Of a stretch of 64,000 bases of DNA, positions 49,465 through 58,611 are shown in pieces. How positions within the stretch are numbered: the stretch's first letter is position 1; every line of letters begins with the position of its first letter. Location of the stretch: NCBI GenBank assembly GCA_020635435.1, contig JACJZU010000001.1, forward strand, positions 720,999 to 784,998, read 5' to 3'. This DNA is from Flavobacteriales bacterium (GTDB lineage: Bacteria; Bacteroidota; Bacteroidia; NS11-12g; UBA9320). The notes below the pieces were generated by a model. The model saw nothing but the letters and a program-made list of their open reading frames with translations, had not been told where the DNA came from and made no database searches. The position numbers and the translations under genes are program-made.

Positions 49465-51720
49465 TTGAAAGGTGCTACTTCATCCCAAAACTCCATCCGC
49501 AACCTTGCGCGGCTGACCATAGTGCTCATCGCTCTGCTTACACTTCTTTTCGGGTGGAAAGCAAGTCGCATTGGATTTTCATACGATTTTGAGGCCTTCT
49601 TCCCGCAAAACAGAGAAGTTGAAGCGTATGAAGGTTTCAAAGATTCATTTCTGACCAAAATTGAGCCTATTTGGATCGGAATTGAATTGGATGGCGGTCT
49701 TTTCGGGAATGGTAATTTGGAGAAGATCAGCGCATTGACCCGCGAACTACGCTCCGATACATTGATTCGCCGCATTCAGTCCGTTACCACCCTCAAGATT
49801 CCCATCTCCACAGGTATCGGGGTCATTTTTGAACCCTATGTGCATCCGGGAAAAAGTGACCTTTACTCCTCCGATTCGATCCGACTTGTTAATTCTCCTT
49901 TGATCCGGCGGTCGTTTGTTTCGGATGATCTCGGGCATACCGCCATACTTATTCAGACCGACTACGAACTCGACAAGGCGTCCACGGATTCGCTTGGGTC
50001 GCGTATAAAACAGGCCGTAGCTTCGTATGACTTTCCCAAAACGCATGTGGTTGGCCGTTTAATTGATCAGTCTCAAATTGTCGATAAATTACTCGGAGAA
50101 ACCATTCTCTTCCTCATCTTATCTGCCCTCGTGGTGTGCTTTGCTCTGGCGTATATATACCGCACTTTCTGGGCTGTTTTCGTTCCGTTAGTGGTTGTCT
50201 CCTTTTCGGCGGTATGGCTGATCGGTACGATGTCATTCCTAGGGAAGGATATTGATGTGCTCATGACTCTGGCCCCTACCATTTTGTTCATTGTAGGTGT
50301 TTCCGACATCATTCATTTCCTTACGCGCTATCTCGAGGAATTCCGAAGAAGCGGGGAAAAGATCTCTTCAATCCGCAAAGCCTTCAGGGAAGTAGGTATG
50401 GCTACACTTATCACTTCCTTGACCACCGCAATTGGGTTTCTGTCTTTGCTCACCTCTCCGATACAACCGGTGCGCAGCTTTGGCGTTTTCATAAGCATTG
50501 GTGTTATGATCGCCTATTTTCTTGCCTTCACACTATTACCTGCGGTATTGATCCTCACGCCTGACAGCATCTTCGGAAAGAGTCACCGCACCGTGAGCAG
50601 TCAAAAGAATCTGCACTTACTATTTGGTTGGGTACTGAGGAACCGACGCATCATTTTGATCGCACATGGACTTGTTTTCATCGTTTCCATCGCGATGGTG
50701 CGCAGTATTCGCAGCGATCAATTCCTTACGGAAGAACTTCCTAAAAATCACCCGTTAACGGAGGCATTTGACTATATGGAGACCCATTTTAGTGGGGTTC
50801 GTGCCATTGAGGTTGCCATTCAGTGCGCGGAAGGCCGCAAACTGACCGATCTGGATCTTGTAAAACAGATCGATGCGATAGAGAATTATCTGCGCGTCGA
50901 ATATGGTGCAGGGGCACTTATCAGTCCGGCTACAAACTGGAAACTTTCCAATCAAATAGCCACGGGTGGTGAAGCCGAAGCATTTCGTATTCCGGGGAAT
51001 GCACTCGAACGGAGTATGGCCCTGCCCATCTATAGACGCATTGCCGCTAGCAGTGAGCGTCGATTGGTATTGAACAGTGATGACCGGGTCGGGCGCATAG
51101 GTGGGCAGATGCAGGATATTGGTGGCTATGCTTTCCTTCAGAAACAAAGTGCCTTCGAGGCATTTTGTGCTGCGAATGCTCCGGATCTTGAGGTGGAAAT
51201 GACCGGGTTACCATATTTACTGAATCTCAATAACGCACAGATCAGTAGGAGCATGCTTCAAGGAATAGCTCTGGCCTTTATGATCGTAAGTATCCTGATG
51301 GCTCTGCTATACAGAGATGTTCTTATGGTTCTCATTGCCCTCCTACCCAACATACTTCCACTTCTGCTGGTAGGTTTGGTGATGGTTCTACTTGGTATCG
51401 ATTTGAATGTGAGTACTTCCCTCCTCTTTACAGTAGTTTTCGGTATTGCCGTTGACGATACCATACATGTTCTCTCCAAACTTAAGATCGAGATGAATAA
51501 AGGTAAAAGCAGGAACTATGCGCTGAAACGTGCCATGATCTCAACCGGCCAGGCATTGGTGATGACCTCAATCATCTTGTGCGCAGGTTTTATCTCACTC
51601 GTATTCTCCGAGTTCAATAGCAGTTACCTGTTCGGCTTATTGGTGAGTATTGGGCTTGTTTTTGCATTGCTCACCGATCTGTTGCTGTTACCTGCCCTCC
51701 TGTTGTACTGGAAAAGATAG
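49465..51720 (+). CDS. MMPL/RND-superfamily exporter (two 6-TM bundles with large loops)
   Basis: 751-aa ORF with a TTG start. Topology is TM, soluble loop, 5 TM (FVPLVVVSFSAVWLIGTMSF..), repeated once. Resembles sterol-sensing-domain/MMPL exporters. Confidence 0.6.
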   Translation: MKGATSSQNSIRNLARLTIVLIALLTLLFGWKASRIGFSYDFEAFFPQNREVEAYEGFKDSFLTKIEPIWIGIELDGGLFGNGNLEKISALTRELRSDTLIRRIQSVTTLKIPISTGIGVIFEPYVHPGKSDLYSSDSIRLVNSPLIRRSFVSDDLGHTAILIQTDYELDKASTDSLGSRIKQAVASYDFPKTHVVGRLIDQSQIVDKLLGETILFLILSALVVCFALAYIYRTFWAVFVPLVVVSFSAVWLIGTMSFLGKDIDVLMTLAPTILFIVGVSDIIHFLTRYLEEFRRSGEKISSIRKAFREVGMATLITSLTTAIGFLSLLTSPIQPVRSFGVFISIGVMIAYFLAFTLLPAVLILTPDSIFGKSHRTVSSQKNLHLLFGWVLRNRRIILIAHGLVFIVSIAMVRSIRSDQFLTEELPKNHPLTEAFDYMETHFSGVRAIEVAIQCAEGRKLTDLDLVKQIDAIENYLRVEYGAGALISPATNWKLSNQIATGGEAEAFRIPGNALERSMALPIYRRIAASSERRLVLNSDDRVGRIGGQMQDIGGYAFLQKQSAFEAFCAANAPDLEVEMTGLPYLLNLNNAQISRSMLQGIALAFMIVSILMALLYRDVLMVLIALLPNILPLLLVGLVMVLLGIDLNVSTSLLFTVVFGIAVDDTIHVLSKLKIEMNKGKSRNYALKRAMISTGQALVMTSIILCAGFISLVFSEFNSSYLFGLLVSIGLVFALLTDLLLLPALLLYWKR

Positions 51721-51759
51721 CAATCTACCTGAATTCTTATCTTTACGGCGAGTATCAAT

Positions 51760-53148
51760 ATGTCCCGAGCACCCTGGATCATTCACGAACATTCCGGATT
51801 CCGCATGGCCTGGGATCTTATGGTCTTCATTGCCATAATCATCGGGACGCTGGTCGTACCATTCAATCTTGCTTTTGATCATAGTCTTCGTGCATCGAGC
51901 ACCTCCCTAATTTTAACAATCGATGCGCTCCTATTGATCGATATATTTCTCAATTTCAGGACCACAGCCACCGTCCGGGGGATCACTTACCACGACCTGA
52001 GATCCATACGCAAACACTACGTTCGCACAACCTTTCCTTTCGATCTTCTCGGGAATATTCCGTTTGAATTATTGTTCTTCTGGTCGGATGCCATTGTGCT
52101 CAATGAGCCGGTGGTATTAGTGGTTCGCTGCCTGTCTTTTTTCAGGTTATACCGACTGAATGTACTATTCAAGCGGTGGAAACGCGTCAGCAGACTGAAG
52201 ATCGGTTATATGCGCATTGCGAATTTCTTCGTGATGATCTCCATATTTACGCATGTGTTGGCTTGTGGATGGTACTATACCGCCTATAAAGCAGGCTTCC
52301 CGGAGGATTCATGGATCGTGCGGGCAGGGGTAGATACTAATAACCGGGAAGAGGCCTATATCCATTCGCTGTACTGGACAGTTACAACCGTTACAACCAT
52401 AGGCTACGGAGATATAACTCCAAAACGTACGGTGGAGTTGGTGTTTGTGATCGTTGTAATGCTTCTTGGGGCGTCGATGTACGCATATATCATTGGTAAC
52501 ATCGCTTCGCTGGTGAGTAATATTGATGCAGTCCGTTCCAGATTCTACAGCAAGGTGGACATGTTGAATTCGTCGCTCATCGCAAAAGGGACCCCGACTG
52601 ATATTGTGAATGAACTCAATGCCTATCAGGATTATGTTTGGGCGCGACATGGCGGTCATGTGGCTGAGAATCTTCTTGAAGATCTGCCCAGACCTATGAG
52701 GTCCAGACTGATGGCCCACCTGGCAAGTGATCTGATGGAAAAGATCCCTCTGTTTCAATTGTGTTCAGAGGAACTTCGGGAGGAATTGCTGGCTTCTTTA
52801 CAAAGCACCACCTATCCTCCCGGATATCACATAGTCCGGGAAAACACCTATGGCAAGTATATTTACTTTCTTTCGGTAGGTAACATTGAGATAAGGAAAG
52901 AATCTGAAGGTGTTTCCATGGGTTTTCTCGAATCCGGCGACCATTTTGGTTTCATGTCCTTCATCCTTCACGAGAAAAGTACAGTTTCACTTATTACACG
53001 CTCCTTTTGCGACTTGTTCGTTCTGAATTATGAAGATTACGACCGACTGAAAGAGCTGTACCCCGATTTTCAGCACTTGTTGAAGGAGGCCTCCTCGGAA
53101 AAGATCCAACGCTCCGCCGAGTGGTTACTCGAAGGCGTGATCATCTAA
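51760..53148 (+). CDS. 6-TM voltage-sensor-type K+ channel with a C-terminal cyclic-nucleotide-binding-like domain (MloK1-like)
   Basis: 462-aa ORF. S4-like RCLSFFRLYRLNVLFKRWKR, selectivity filter TVTTIGYGD, and a C-terminal CNBD-like beta-roll (YFLSVGNIEIRKE...GDHFGFMSFILHEKSTVSL). Confidence 0.8.
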   Translation: MSRAPWIIHEHSGFRMAWDLMVFIAIIIGTLVVPFNLAFDHSLRASSTSLILTIDALLLIDIFLNFRTTATVRGITYHDLRSIRKHYVRTTFPFDLLGNIPFELLFFWSDAIVLNEPVVLVVRCLSFFRLYRLNVLFKRWKRVSRLKIGYMRIANFFVMISIFTHVLACGWYYTAYKAGFPEDSWIVRAGVDTNNREEAYIHSLYWTVTTVTTIGYGDITPKRTVELVFVIVVMLLGASMYAYIIGNIASLVSNIDAVRSRFYSKVDMLNSSLIAKGTPTDIVNELNAYQDYVWARHGGHVAENLLEDLPRPMRSRLMAHLASDLMEKIPLFQLCSEELREELLASLQSTTYPPGYHIVRENTYGKYIYFLSVGNIEIRKESEGVSMGFLESGDHFGFMSFILHEKSTVSLITRSFCDLFVLNYEDYDRLKELYPDFQHLLKEASSEKIQRSAEWLLEGVII

Positions 53149-53164
53149 TCGAGTAATTAACAAT

Positions 53165-53503
53165 TTAAGCGTTCAAGGCCTGAATGGCATCGGCTCTGTC
53201 CGGTCGCACATCGAGAATCGTCGAGAATCCGGAAATGTCGAGTATTTCCTTCACCACTGAATTGGGACCGGCGAGTTTTACCGCACCTCCGTTCGCTGTG
53301 ATCTTTTTAGCAGTTGCGAGAAAAATTCTCAGTCCGGCACTACTCACGTAGTCTGTTTCAGACAGATCGATCACCATTTTGCGTGTCCCCTCTTCCAGCA
53401 AATTGGAGATCTTGGCTTCTACGGGGGGCGAAGTATTCGTATCCAAATTCCCGCTTAAATGGACTATCGAAACCCCTTGTTCCTCATATATATCCACATT
53501 CAT
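53165..53503 (-). CDS. STAS-domain anti-sigma-factor antagonist (SpoIIAA/RsbV-like)
   Basis: 112-aa ORF. VSIVHLSGNLDTNTSPPVEAKI...MVIDLSETDYVSSAGLRIFL retains the phospho-Ser context (Ser54/55). Lies 49 nt downstream of the phosphatase-kinase gene. Confidence 0.85.
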   Translation of the reverse strand: MNVDIYEEQGVSIVHLSGNLDTNTSPPVEAKISNLLEEGTRKMVIDLSETDYVSSAGLRIFLATAKKITANGGAVKLAGPNSVVKEILDISGFSTILDVRPDRADAIQALNA

Positions 53504-53552
53504 AATCCGATCATTCGTGTTTTAAAAGCCTGCAAAGTAAACATTAGCTGGA

Positions 53553-56500
53553 TCAGTCTTCCATTACATCGAATTTAACCAATGTGACCACGTTCTTCCC
53601 GATGAGCCGTTTGTAATTGTATTCATCCATGAGATTTTTAACTAAATGGATACCCAATCCTCCTATTTCACGCTCATCCATTGAGAGATTCACATCGGGT
53701 GGATCCTTTTGGAATGGGTTGAATGGCTTGCCATCATCCTCTATGGTGAGTACCAGTTTATTCGTGTGCAGGTCTACACGAATGCTGATGAGATGTTCGA
53801 GTTCATCCTCAAAGGCATAGTCGATCACATTGGTGAGCAACTCATCAAACACTACGCGGATCTTATCGCAGATATCCTTTTTTATCCGGGTTCGATCACA
53901 GAATTCCGTAAATCGCGATTCTATGGTCTTGAGGTCATCTCGGGTATTTTTGATCTTCAGACCAAATGATTCGTGCAACTCCTTATGTGTACCACCAACG
54001 TAACGAATGCATAATGCTGTTATATCGTCGAAACGCTCGTAGCCATTTTCAAAATTAAATACAGTTTGCATAACATCTTCAACCAATTTCTGCCCGGAGC
54101 CACGGGCACAATCCTTTAAAACGGCCTCCAACCTGGAATCACTGTACAATTCTCCGTCCCGGTTATGCGCTTCCGGAATTCCATCGGTATAGGCGAAAAT
54201 GTAGTCGTTAACTTTCAGCTGCACGCGACTCTCACCATAGGTTATCCCTTCCATTGCCGCAATAACGGGTCCGTGCAGATCAGTGAGCCTTTGCGTATTG
54301 CCCTCGCTGATCAAGTAGGTCGGGTTATGGCCGGCGTTGCAATACATCAGCTCTCCTGTTCTTGTATTCAGGATGGCAAGAAATACCGTGACAAACATGT
54401 AATTATGGTTTTCTCTTGCCATCTCTGTGTTCACGTGGGTGAGTATACTTGCGGGGGAAAGATCATTGCTTGAGCGGGATTTTATCACCGTTTTACAGAC
54501 GGCCATCATAAGTGCGGCAGGAACTCCTTTTCCCGAAACGTCGCCAACCACGAAACACAAATGTTCTTCATCAATGAAGAAGAAATCATAGAAATCTCCA
54601 CCCACTTCGCGAGCCGGGATGAGATTCGCGTAGATATCAATATCAGCACGAAGTGGAAATGCCGGAAACAGGAGCGGGAGCATGCTCATCTGTATTTCCT
54701 GGGCAATATTGAGCTCGTCGGACATACGTGCATTTTGCTCTTTGATCGTCTCAAATGCACGCTCTAGCTCATTCTGCATCAAGCGATTTTCGGTAACATC
54801 TATACTCGTTGCAATGAAGCGAATAGCATCGCCCTTGTCGTTCTTAAAGGCCTTACCCGTTTGGCGGATGTAGCGGGTTGAACCCGATGCAAGTACGATG
54901 CGATGCTCGACGGTAAATTCCTCGTTTTGCCCAAGCGATCCACGAATCGTGTCTTCTACCTTATCCAGATCTTCCGGATGCACCATGGCCCGAAATTTCT
55001 CCATGCTCGGCACGAATTCATCCCTTGTCAATCCCAACATGCTGTACATCTCATCCGACCAAACCATGCGATCGTGCAGTATGTCCCAATCCCATGTTCC
55101 GATATGTCCTATGCTCTGTGCCAGCCTCAAACGATCTTCGTTTTCCTTGATCTTCCTGCGTGTTAAAACACTCTCCGTGATATCCTGAGTTACCCCGTAC
55201 ATATCTGTTGCGTCTCCACCCGGATGGCGCTTTACTTTGCCAATTGCACGTAAGTAAACGATCTGTCCGTCTTTCGGACGTTTGTATGCGTAGGTTGCGT
55301 CGTAAAAAGGTTTCTTCCCTTCTACTGCCGCATTGAAACTCTGCATGGCCTGCTCAGCCAAGGTCTCATCGGCGGCCTTCAAATTGACTAACCATTCAGT
55401 TTCCAGATCATATCTAAAATCAGAACGGGGCGGATCGCCATTTATCTCGACTGTTTTTCGCGATGAATTGTAGAAACCAGATTGATCAAGCGGTACGTGC
55501 CAATATCCTGCCTTGGTGAGATCCAGGGCGGTATCTGCCAGAAAGTTCATGCGCTCGAGCTCATCCGTGTTGAACTTCAGCTGTTCGAAGGCCTTCTCCA
55601 ATACTCTGGATTGTTTTGCAGCCACAATCCGGCTACGTATAGAGAAAACCATAAGAACCAAAAGGAGAAATATGGACAGACCGGAGCCTGAGGCCAGAAC
55701 TTTTTGATAGAATTGCTGTGGTTCAAAGGCTTCCACAATATCGATCTCGGTACACATGCCAAAACCAAATTTTTCATTCCACGACCAGATTCCCGCAACT
55801 TCCACCCCTCTGTAATCTTTGTAACCTTTGATATCGATATCAGATATGCCTTTCAGAGCACTCTTCGCCATTCGCGTTGGCTCAGATAAACCTGACTCCG
55901 TCTGATCTGCGGGTACCGCCATTCGAACATTTAATATTGCGTGCTCGGCACTTTTGATCACACCACGGTGCCTCAATAATTCGTCGAAACGACTTTCACT
56001 GATCATCTGCCCCATTTTATTGAATGCAATGGTTTCACCCGACCTTCCCAATCGGCCGTTCTGGAGGAAATCGGTAAACGTTTTATCGGGAAGGAAAAGA
56101 AAGAACACGGCGCCATAAACGCTGTCGGCACGAACAACGGGTATTCCGATCTTGAGGAATCGGTTGAATTCATCGCTGGGCTCCCCCGTTTTGGAAGGCA
56201 TTTCGAAGCTTATCTTCTTCGCACCGGATAATAGGTTTTGCAGGCTTAGGTCGTTCTCCCTGTTGAATTTTACGTCCATACTGCCTTGCTGAATCCGGCT
56301 CATGACCAACTCTCCCTCTCGATTGGCCATCACATAACCGAAATAGGAAATGTCGTGTATGAATGTAGAGGTCAGGTAATCAAGCTCGATTTTTCGCGAG
56401 TTATCAGCTTCAACAAGCGATCGGCTCAACAATTCTTTTGTAACATCCTGGAATTCGTAATAATCCTTGAGTTCGTTGATCTCCCTTTCGAGGCTTTCCA

Positions 56501-57506
56501 ACCAGGAGGTAACGCTCTTTCGGGTTGTGGCGTGTACGGTTCGAAGCGACTCGGACAGGCCAGCCTCCGTTTTCTGTACAACTTCCGTTGCTGCAAAAAA
56601 ATTGAACAGCACGATTCCCAGGCAAACAACTCCCGTGGCAAGGAGCAGGGTCCAATTATTCCTGATCTCGGAAAACAGACCATGACTTCTTGCCGAATCT
56701 TCGAATTCAGTTTGGCCCCGATGCAAGCGCGCAAAACGGAAAAGCTGCGCAGCTGCTATTCCCATAACCAAACAGGCAAAACCGATGATCGCAAAAAGAA
56801 TGATGAACAAGGTTCTGTTTTGTGATTCACGGGTGTTAATGCGCCTTTGAAGATCATTTCGCACCACTTTCCGGAATTCGTCTATGGGAGCCATGATCTC
56901 AGATTTCGACCTGTTGTATGCGTCTCCCCCGAGGATCTTACGTGCCTTCATCGGATCCGGTGGCAAATCGACCGTGTAGGCTCCCGTCAGATCGGGAAAT
57001 TTTCCGATCATAGCCTTGAAGGCCTCTTCTTCCAAAGAGATAAGTCTGTCGGAATTGCGTTTGGCCTCCTCGAAGAATTCCATCTGATCTTCACTTGCTC
57101 CAGCGGATCGAAGCAGATCGATCAATGAAATGGGGGCTTCTGAGGCGCGCGGTGGATTGCCTGTGGCGAGTATATAATCCCAATAGATCCCTCCATAGTC
57201 TATCGGTCTGGGAGCCAGACCATCACGGATGGCTACGATCTCACGATAATGCTCGAGGTAGTTCGAGTCGCCTGTGAGCACGTAAAGCCGGGCCATACGG
57301 GTGAGGTCGTCGGAAGACTGGCGCAATTCATCGCCATACATCAGCAATTCAGCTTGTTGATCCTGAAGGTCGGCGATGTTGGAATTGTAATCTCCGATCT
57401 GTTTCACAATAAGCATACAGGTTACGGCCAATACGATCAACAGGCCGAACAGATAGCTCACCCTCCGAAGCAGTTTGGAAGAAGACTCGCTCAGTTCTAC
57501 AGACAT
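53553..57506 (-). CDS. four-TM dual-sensor protein: CHASE3/4HB-like + Cache-like periplasmic domains, 2 PAS, PP2C (SpoIIE/RsbU) phosphatase, RsbW/SpoIIAB-type GHKL kinase
   Basis: 1317-aa ORF. TM segments at about residues 17-34, 232-255, 285-306 and 606-622. Cache-like end motif YRGVEVAGIWSWNEKFGFGMCTEIDIVEA. PAS-like residues ~655-780 and ~795-905 (GTWDWDILHDRMVWSDEMYSMLG..HPEDL..IDVTE). PP2C at residues ~932-1172 (REVGGDFYDFF, VVGDVSGKGVPAAL, NAGHNP, YTDGIPEA, DDITAL; nt ~53991..54713). GHKL kinase at residues ~1178-1317 (DELLTNVIDYA, EDDGKPFNP, GGLGIHLVKNL; nt ~53556..53975). Confidence 0.85.
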   Translation of the reverse strand: MSVELSESSSKLLRRVSYLFGLLIVLAVTCMLIVKQIGDYNSNIADLQDQQAELLMYGDELRQSSDDLTRMARLYVLTGDSNYLEHYREIVAIRDGLAPRPIDYGGIYWDYILATGNPPRASEAPISLIDLLRSAGASEDQMEFFEEAKRNSDRLISLEEEAFKAMIGKFPDLTGAYTVDLPPDPMKARKILGGDAYNRSKSEIMAPIDEFRKVVRNDLQRRINTRESQNRTLFIILFAIIGFACLVMGIAAAQLFRFARLHRGQTEFEDSARSHGLFSEIRNNWTLLLATGVVCLGIVLFNFFAATEVVQKTEAGLSESLRTVHATTRKSVTSWLESLEREINELKDYYEFQDVTKELLSRSLVEADNSRKIELDYLTSTFIHDISYFGYVMANREGELVMSRIQQGSMDVKFNRENDLSLQNLLSGAKKISFEMPSKTGEPSDEFNRFLKIGIPVVRADSVYGAVFFLFLPDKTFTDFLQNGRLGRSGETIAFNKMGQMISESRFDELLRHRGVIKSAEHAILNVRMAVPADQTESGLSEPTRMAKSALKGISDIDIKGYKDYRGVEVAGIWSWNEKFGFGMCTEIDIVEAFEPQQFYQKVLASGSGLSIFLLLVLMVFSIRSRIVAAKQSRVLEKAFEQLKFNTDELERMNFLADTALDLTKAGYWHVPLDQSGFYNSSRKTVEINGDPPRSDFRYDLETEWLVNLKAADETLAEQAMQSFNAAVEGKKPFYDATYAYKRPKDGQIVYLRAIGKVKRHPGGDATDMYGVTQDITESVLTRRKIKENEDRLRLAQSIGHIGTWDWDILHDRMVWSDEMYSMLGLTRDEFVPSMEKFRAMVHPEDLDKVEDTIRGSLGQNEEFTVEHRIVLASGSTRYIRQTGKAFKNDKGDAIRFIATSIDVTENRLMQNELERAFETIKEQNARMSDELNIAQEIQMSMLPLLFPAFPLRADIDIYANLIPAREVGGDFYDFFFIDEEHLCFVVGDVSGKGVPAALMMAVCKTVIKSRSSNDLSPASILTHVNTEMARENHNYMFVTVFLAILNTRTGELMYCNAGHNPTYLISEGNTQRLTDLHGPVIAAMEGITYGESRVQLKVNDYIFAYTDGIPEAHNRDGELYSDSRLEAVLKDCARGSGQKLVEDVMQTVFNFENGYERFDDITALCIRYVGGTHKELHESFGLKIKNTRDDLKTIESRFTEFCDRTRIKKDICDKIRVVFDELLTNVIDYAFEDELEHLISIRVDLHTNKLVLTIEDDGKPFNPFQKDPPDVNLSMDEREIGGLGIHLVKNLMDEYNYKRLIGKNVVTLVKFDVMED

Positions 57507-57619
57507 CGAAAAGCAAAATAGTTCATTCTTTCCGAATATGTTTTATCTCATGGAACTATGCGCCGTTCTAAATAAGCAATTTTGTTCTTCCGAATCGTTC
57601 AAGGCTTAAATTTGGCTTT

Positions 57620-58513
57620 GTGAAGAGTTATAATTCCAAAGACTGGTTCAGCGTAGTGTTTGTTTACAGGCAGGATACCCTTCGCGTTCTTTGGCCGCTC
57701 ATGGCTGTGCTTGGAGGTTACACCTTGTTGGTTGATTATTGGCTTGATCTCAGACCCCAACTACTGGAAAATGCACTTTTCAAGCATCTGGGGATCGTTC
57801 ACAGTCTCCTTGGTCTGGTCATTTCTCTACTCCTGGTTTTTAGAACCAATACAGCATACGACCGGTGGTGGGAAGGACGAAAATTATGGGGTGCTTTAGT
57901 GAATAACAGCAGAAATCTCGCATTGCGCCTGAATGCACTGCTCCCCACAGAAGACTCAGAGAACAGGAATTTTTTTGCCAGTTTTATTGCGGTTTATGCC
58001 AAAACCCTTGATCTTCATTTAAAATCGGCGGCCTTGGTATTCCAGCTTGACGAAAATGAACATCCGGAACTAGCTGAGTTGCGGGCGGATGCCCATGGGC
58101 CCAATCAGATCGCTTCACGATTACATGAACGTATCTATTCCCTCAGCAGGAACGGAGTGATAAGCTCGGAAGAAATGTTGAGTCTGAGTCCTGAAATCGC
58201 TGCTTTGACAGATATCTGCGGAGCATGCGAACGGATCAAGAACACGCCGATTCCTTATAGCTATGCCACATTTATAAGAAAATTCATAGTGATCTATGTG
58301 ATCAGTTTGCCTTGGAGTCTTGCGGCGAATCTGGGGTATTGGAGCGTGTTGGTAGTTCTTTTTATCATGTATGCCTTTGCCAGCCTGGAGGTTATTGCGG
58401 AAGAAATAGAAGAACCTTTTGGACTTGACCCGAATGATCTGCCTACAGGCAAACTGGCACTCAATATTGGATCAAATATTCGGGAAATCCTTCAACCTGA
58501 TCTAAACCGATAA
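57620..58513 (+). CDS. bestrophin-family (YneE/UPF0187) anion channel
   Basis: 297-aa ORF with a GTG start. Signature LLVFRTNTAYDRWWEGRKLWG and PIPYSYATFIRKF, with about 4 TM segments. Confidence 0.75.
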   Translation: MKSYNSKDWFSVVFVYRQDTLRVLWPLMAVLGGYTLLVDYWLDLRPQLLENALFKHLGIVHSLLGLVISLLLVFRTNTAYDRWWEGRKLWGALVNNSRNLALRLNALLPTEDSENRNFFASFIAVYAKTLDLHLKSAALVFQLDENEHPELAELRADAHGPNQIASRLHERIYSLSRNGVISSEEMLSLSPEIAALTDICGACERIKNTPIPYSYATFIRKFIVIYVISLPWSLAANLGYWSVLVVLFIMYAFASLEVIAEEIEEPFGLDPNDLPTGKLALNIGSNIREILQPDLNR

Positions 58514-58529
58514 AAAACCCAATAAAAAA

Positions 58530-58560
58530 AACCCGTTCCTTTTTTATATCGGAACGGGTT
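58530..58560. terminator. bidirectional hairpin terminator between convergent genes
   Basis: AACCCGTTCC-(11-nt loop)-GGAACGGGTT, a 10-bp perfect stem. It is preceded by an A-run (a T-run on the minus strand) and followed by T-rich tcgattctt. 17 nt after the bestrophin stop and 52 nt after the minus-strand HTH gene stop. Confidence 0.7.
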
Positions 58561-58611
58561 CGATTCTTATGATCTAATACAACAGGGAATTGAAACCCTG
58601 AATTGAGCTTG

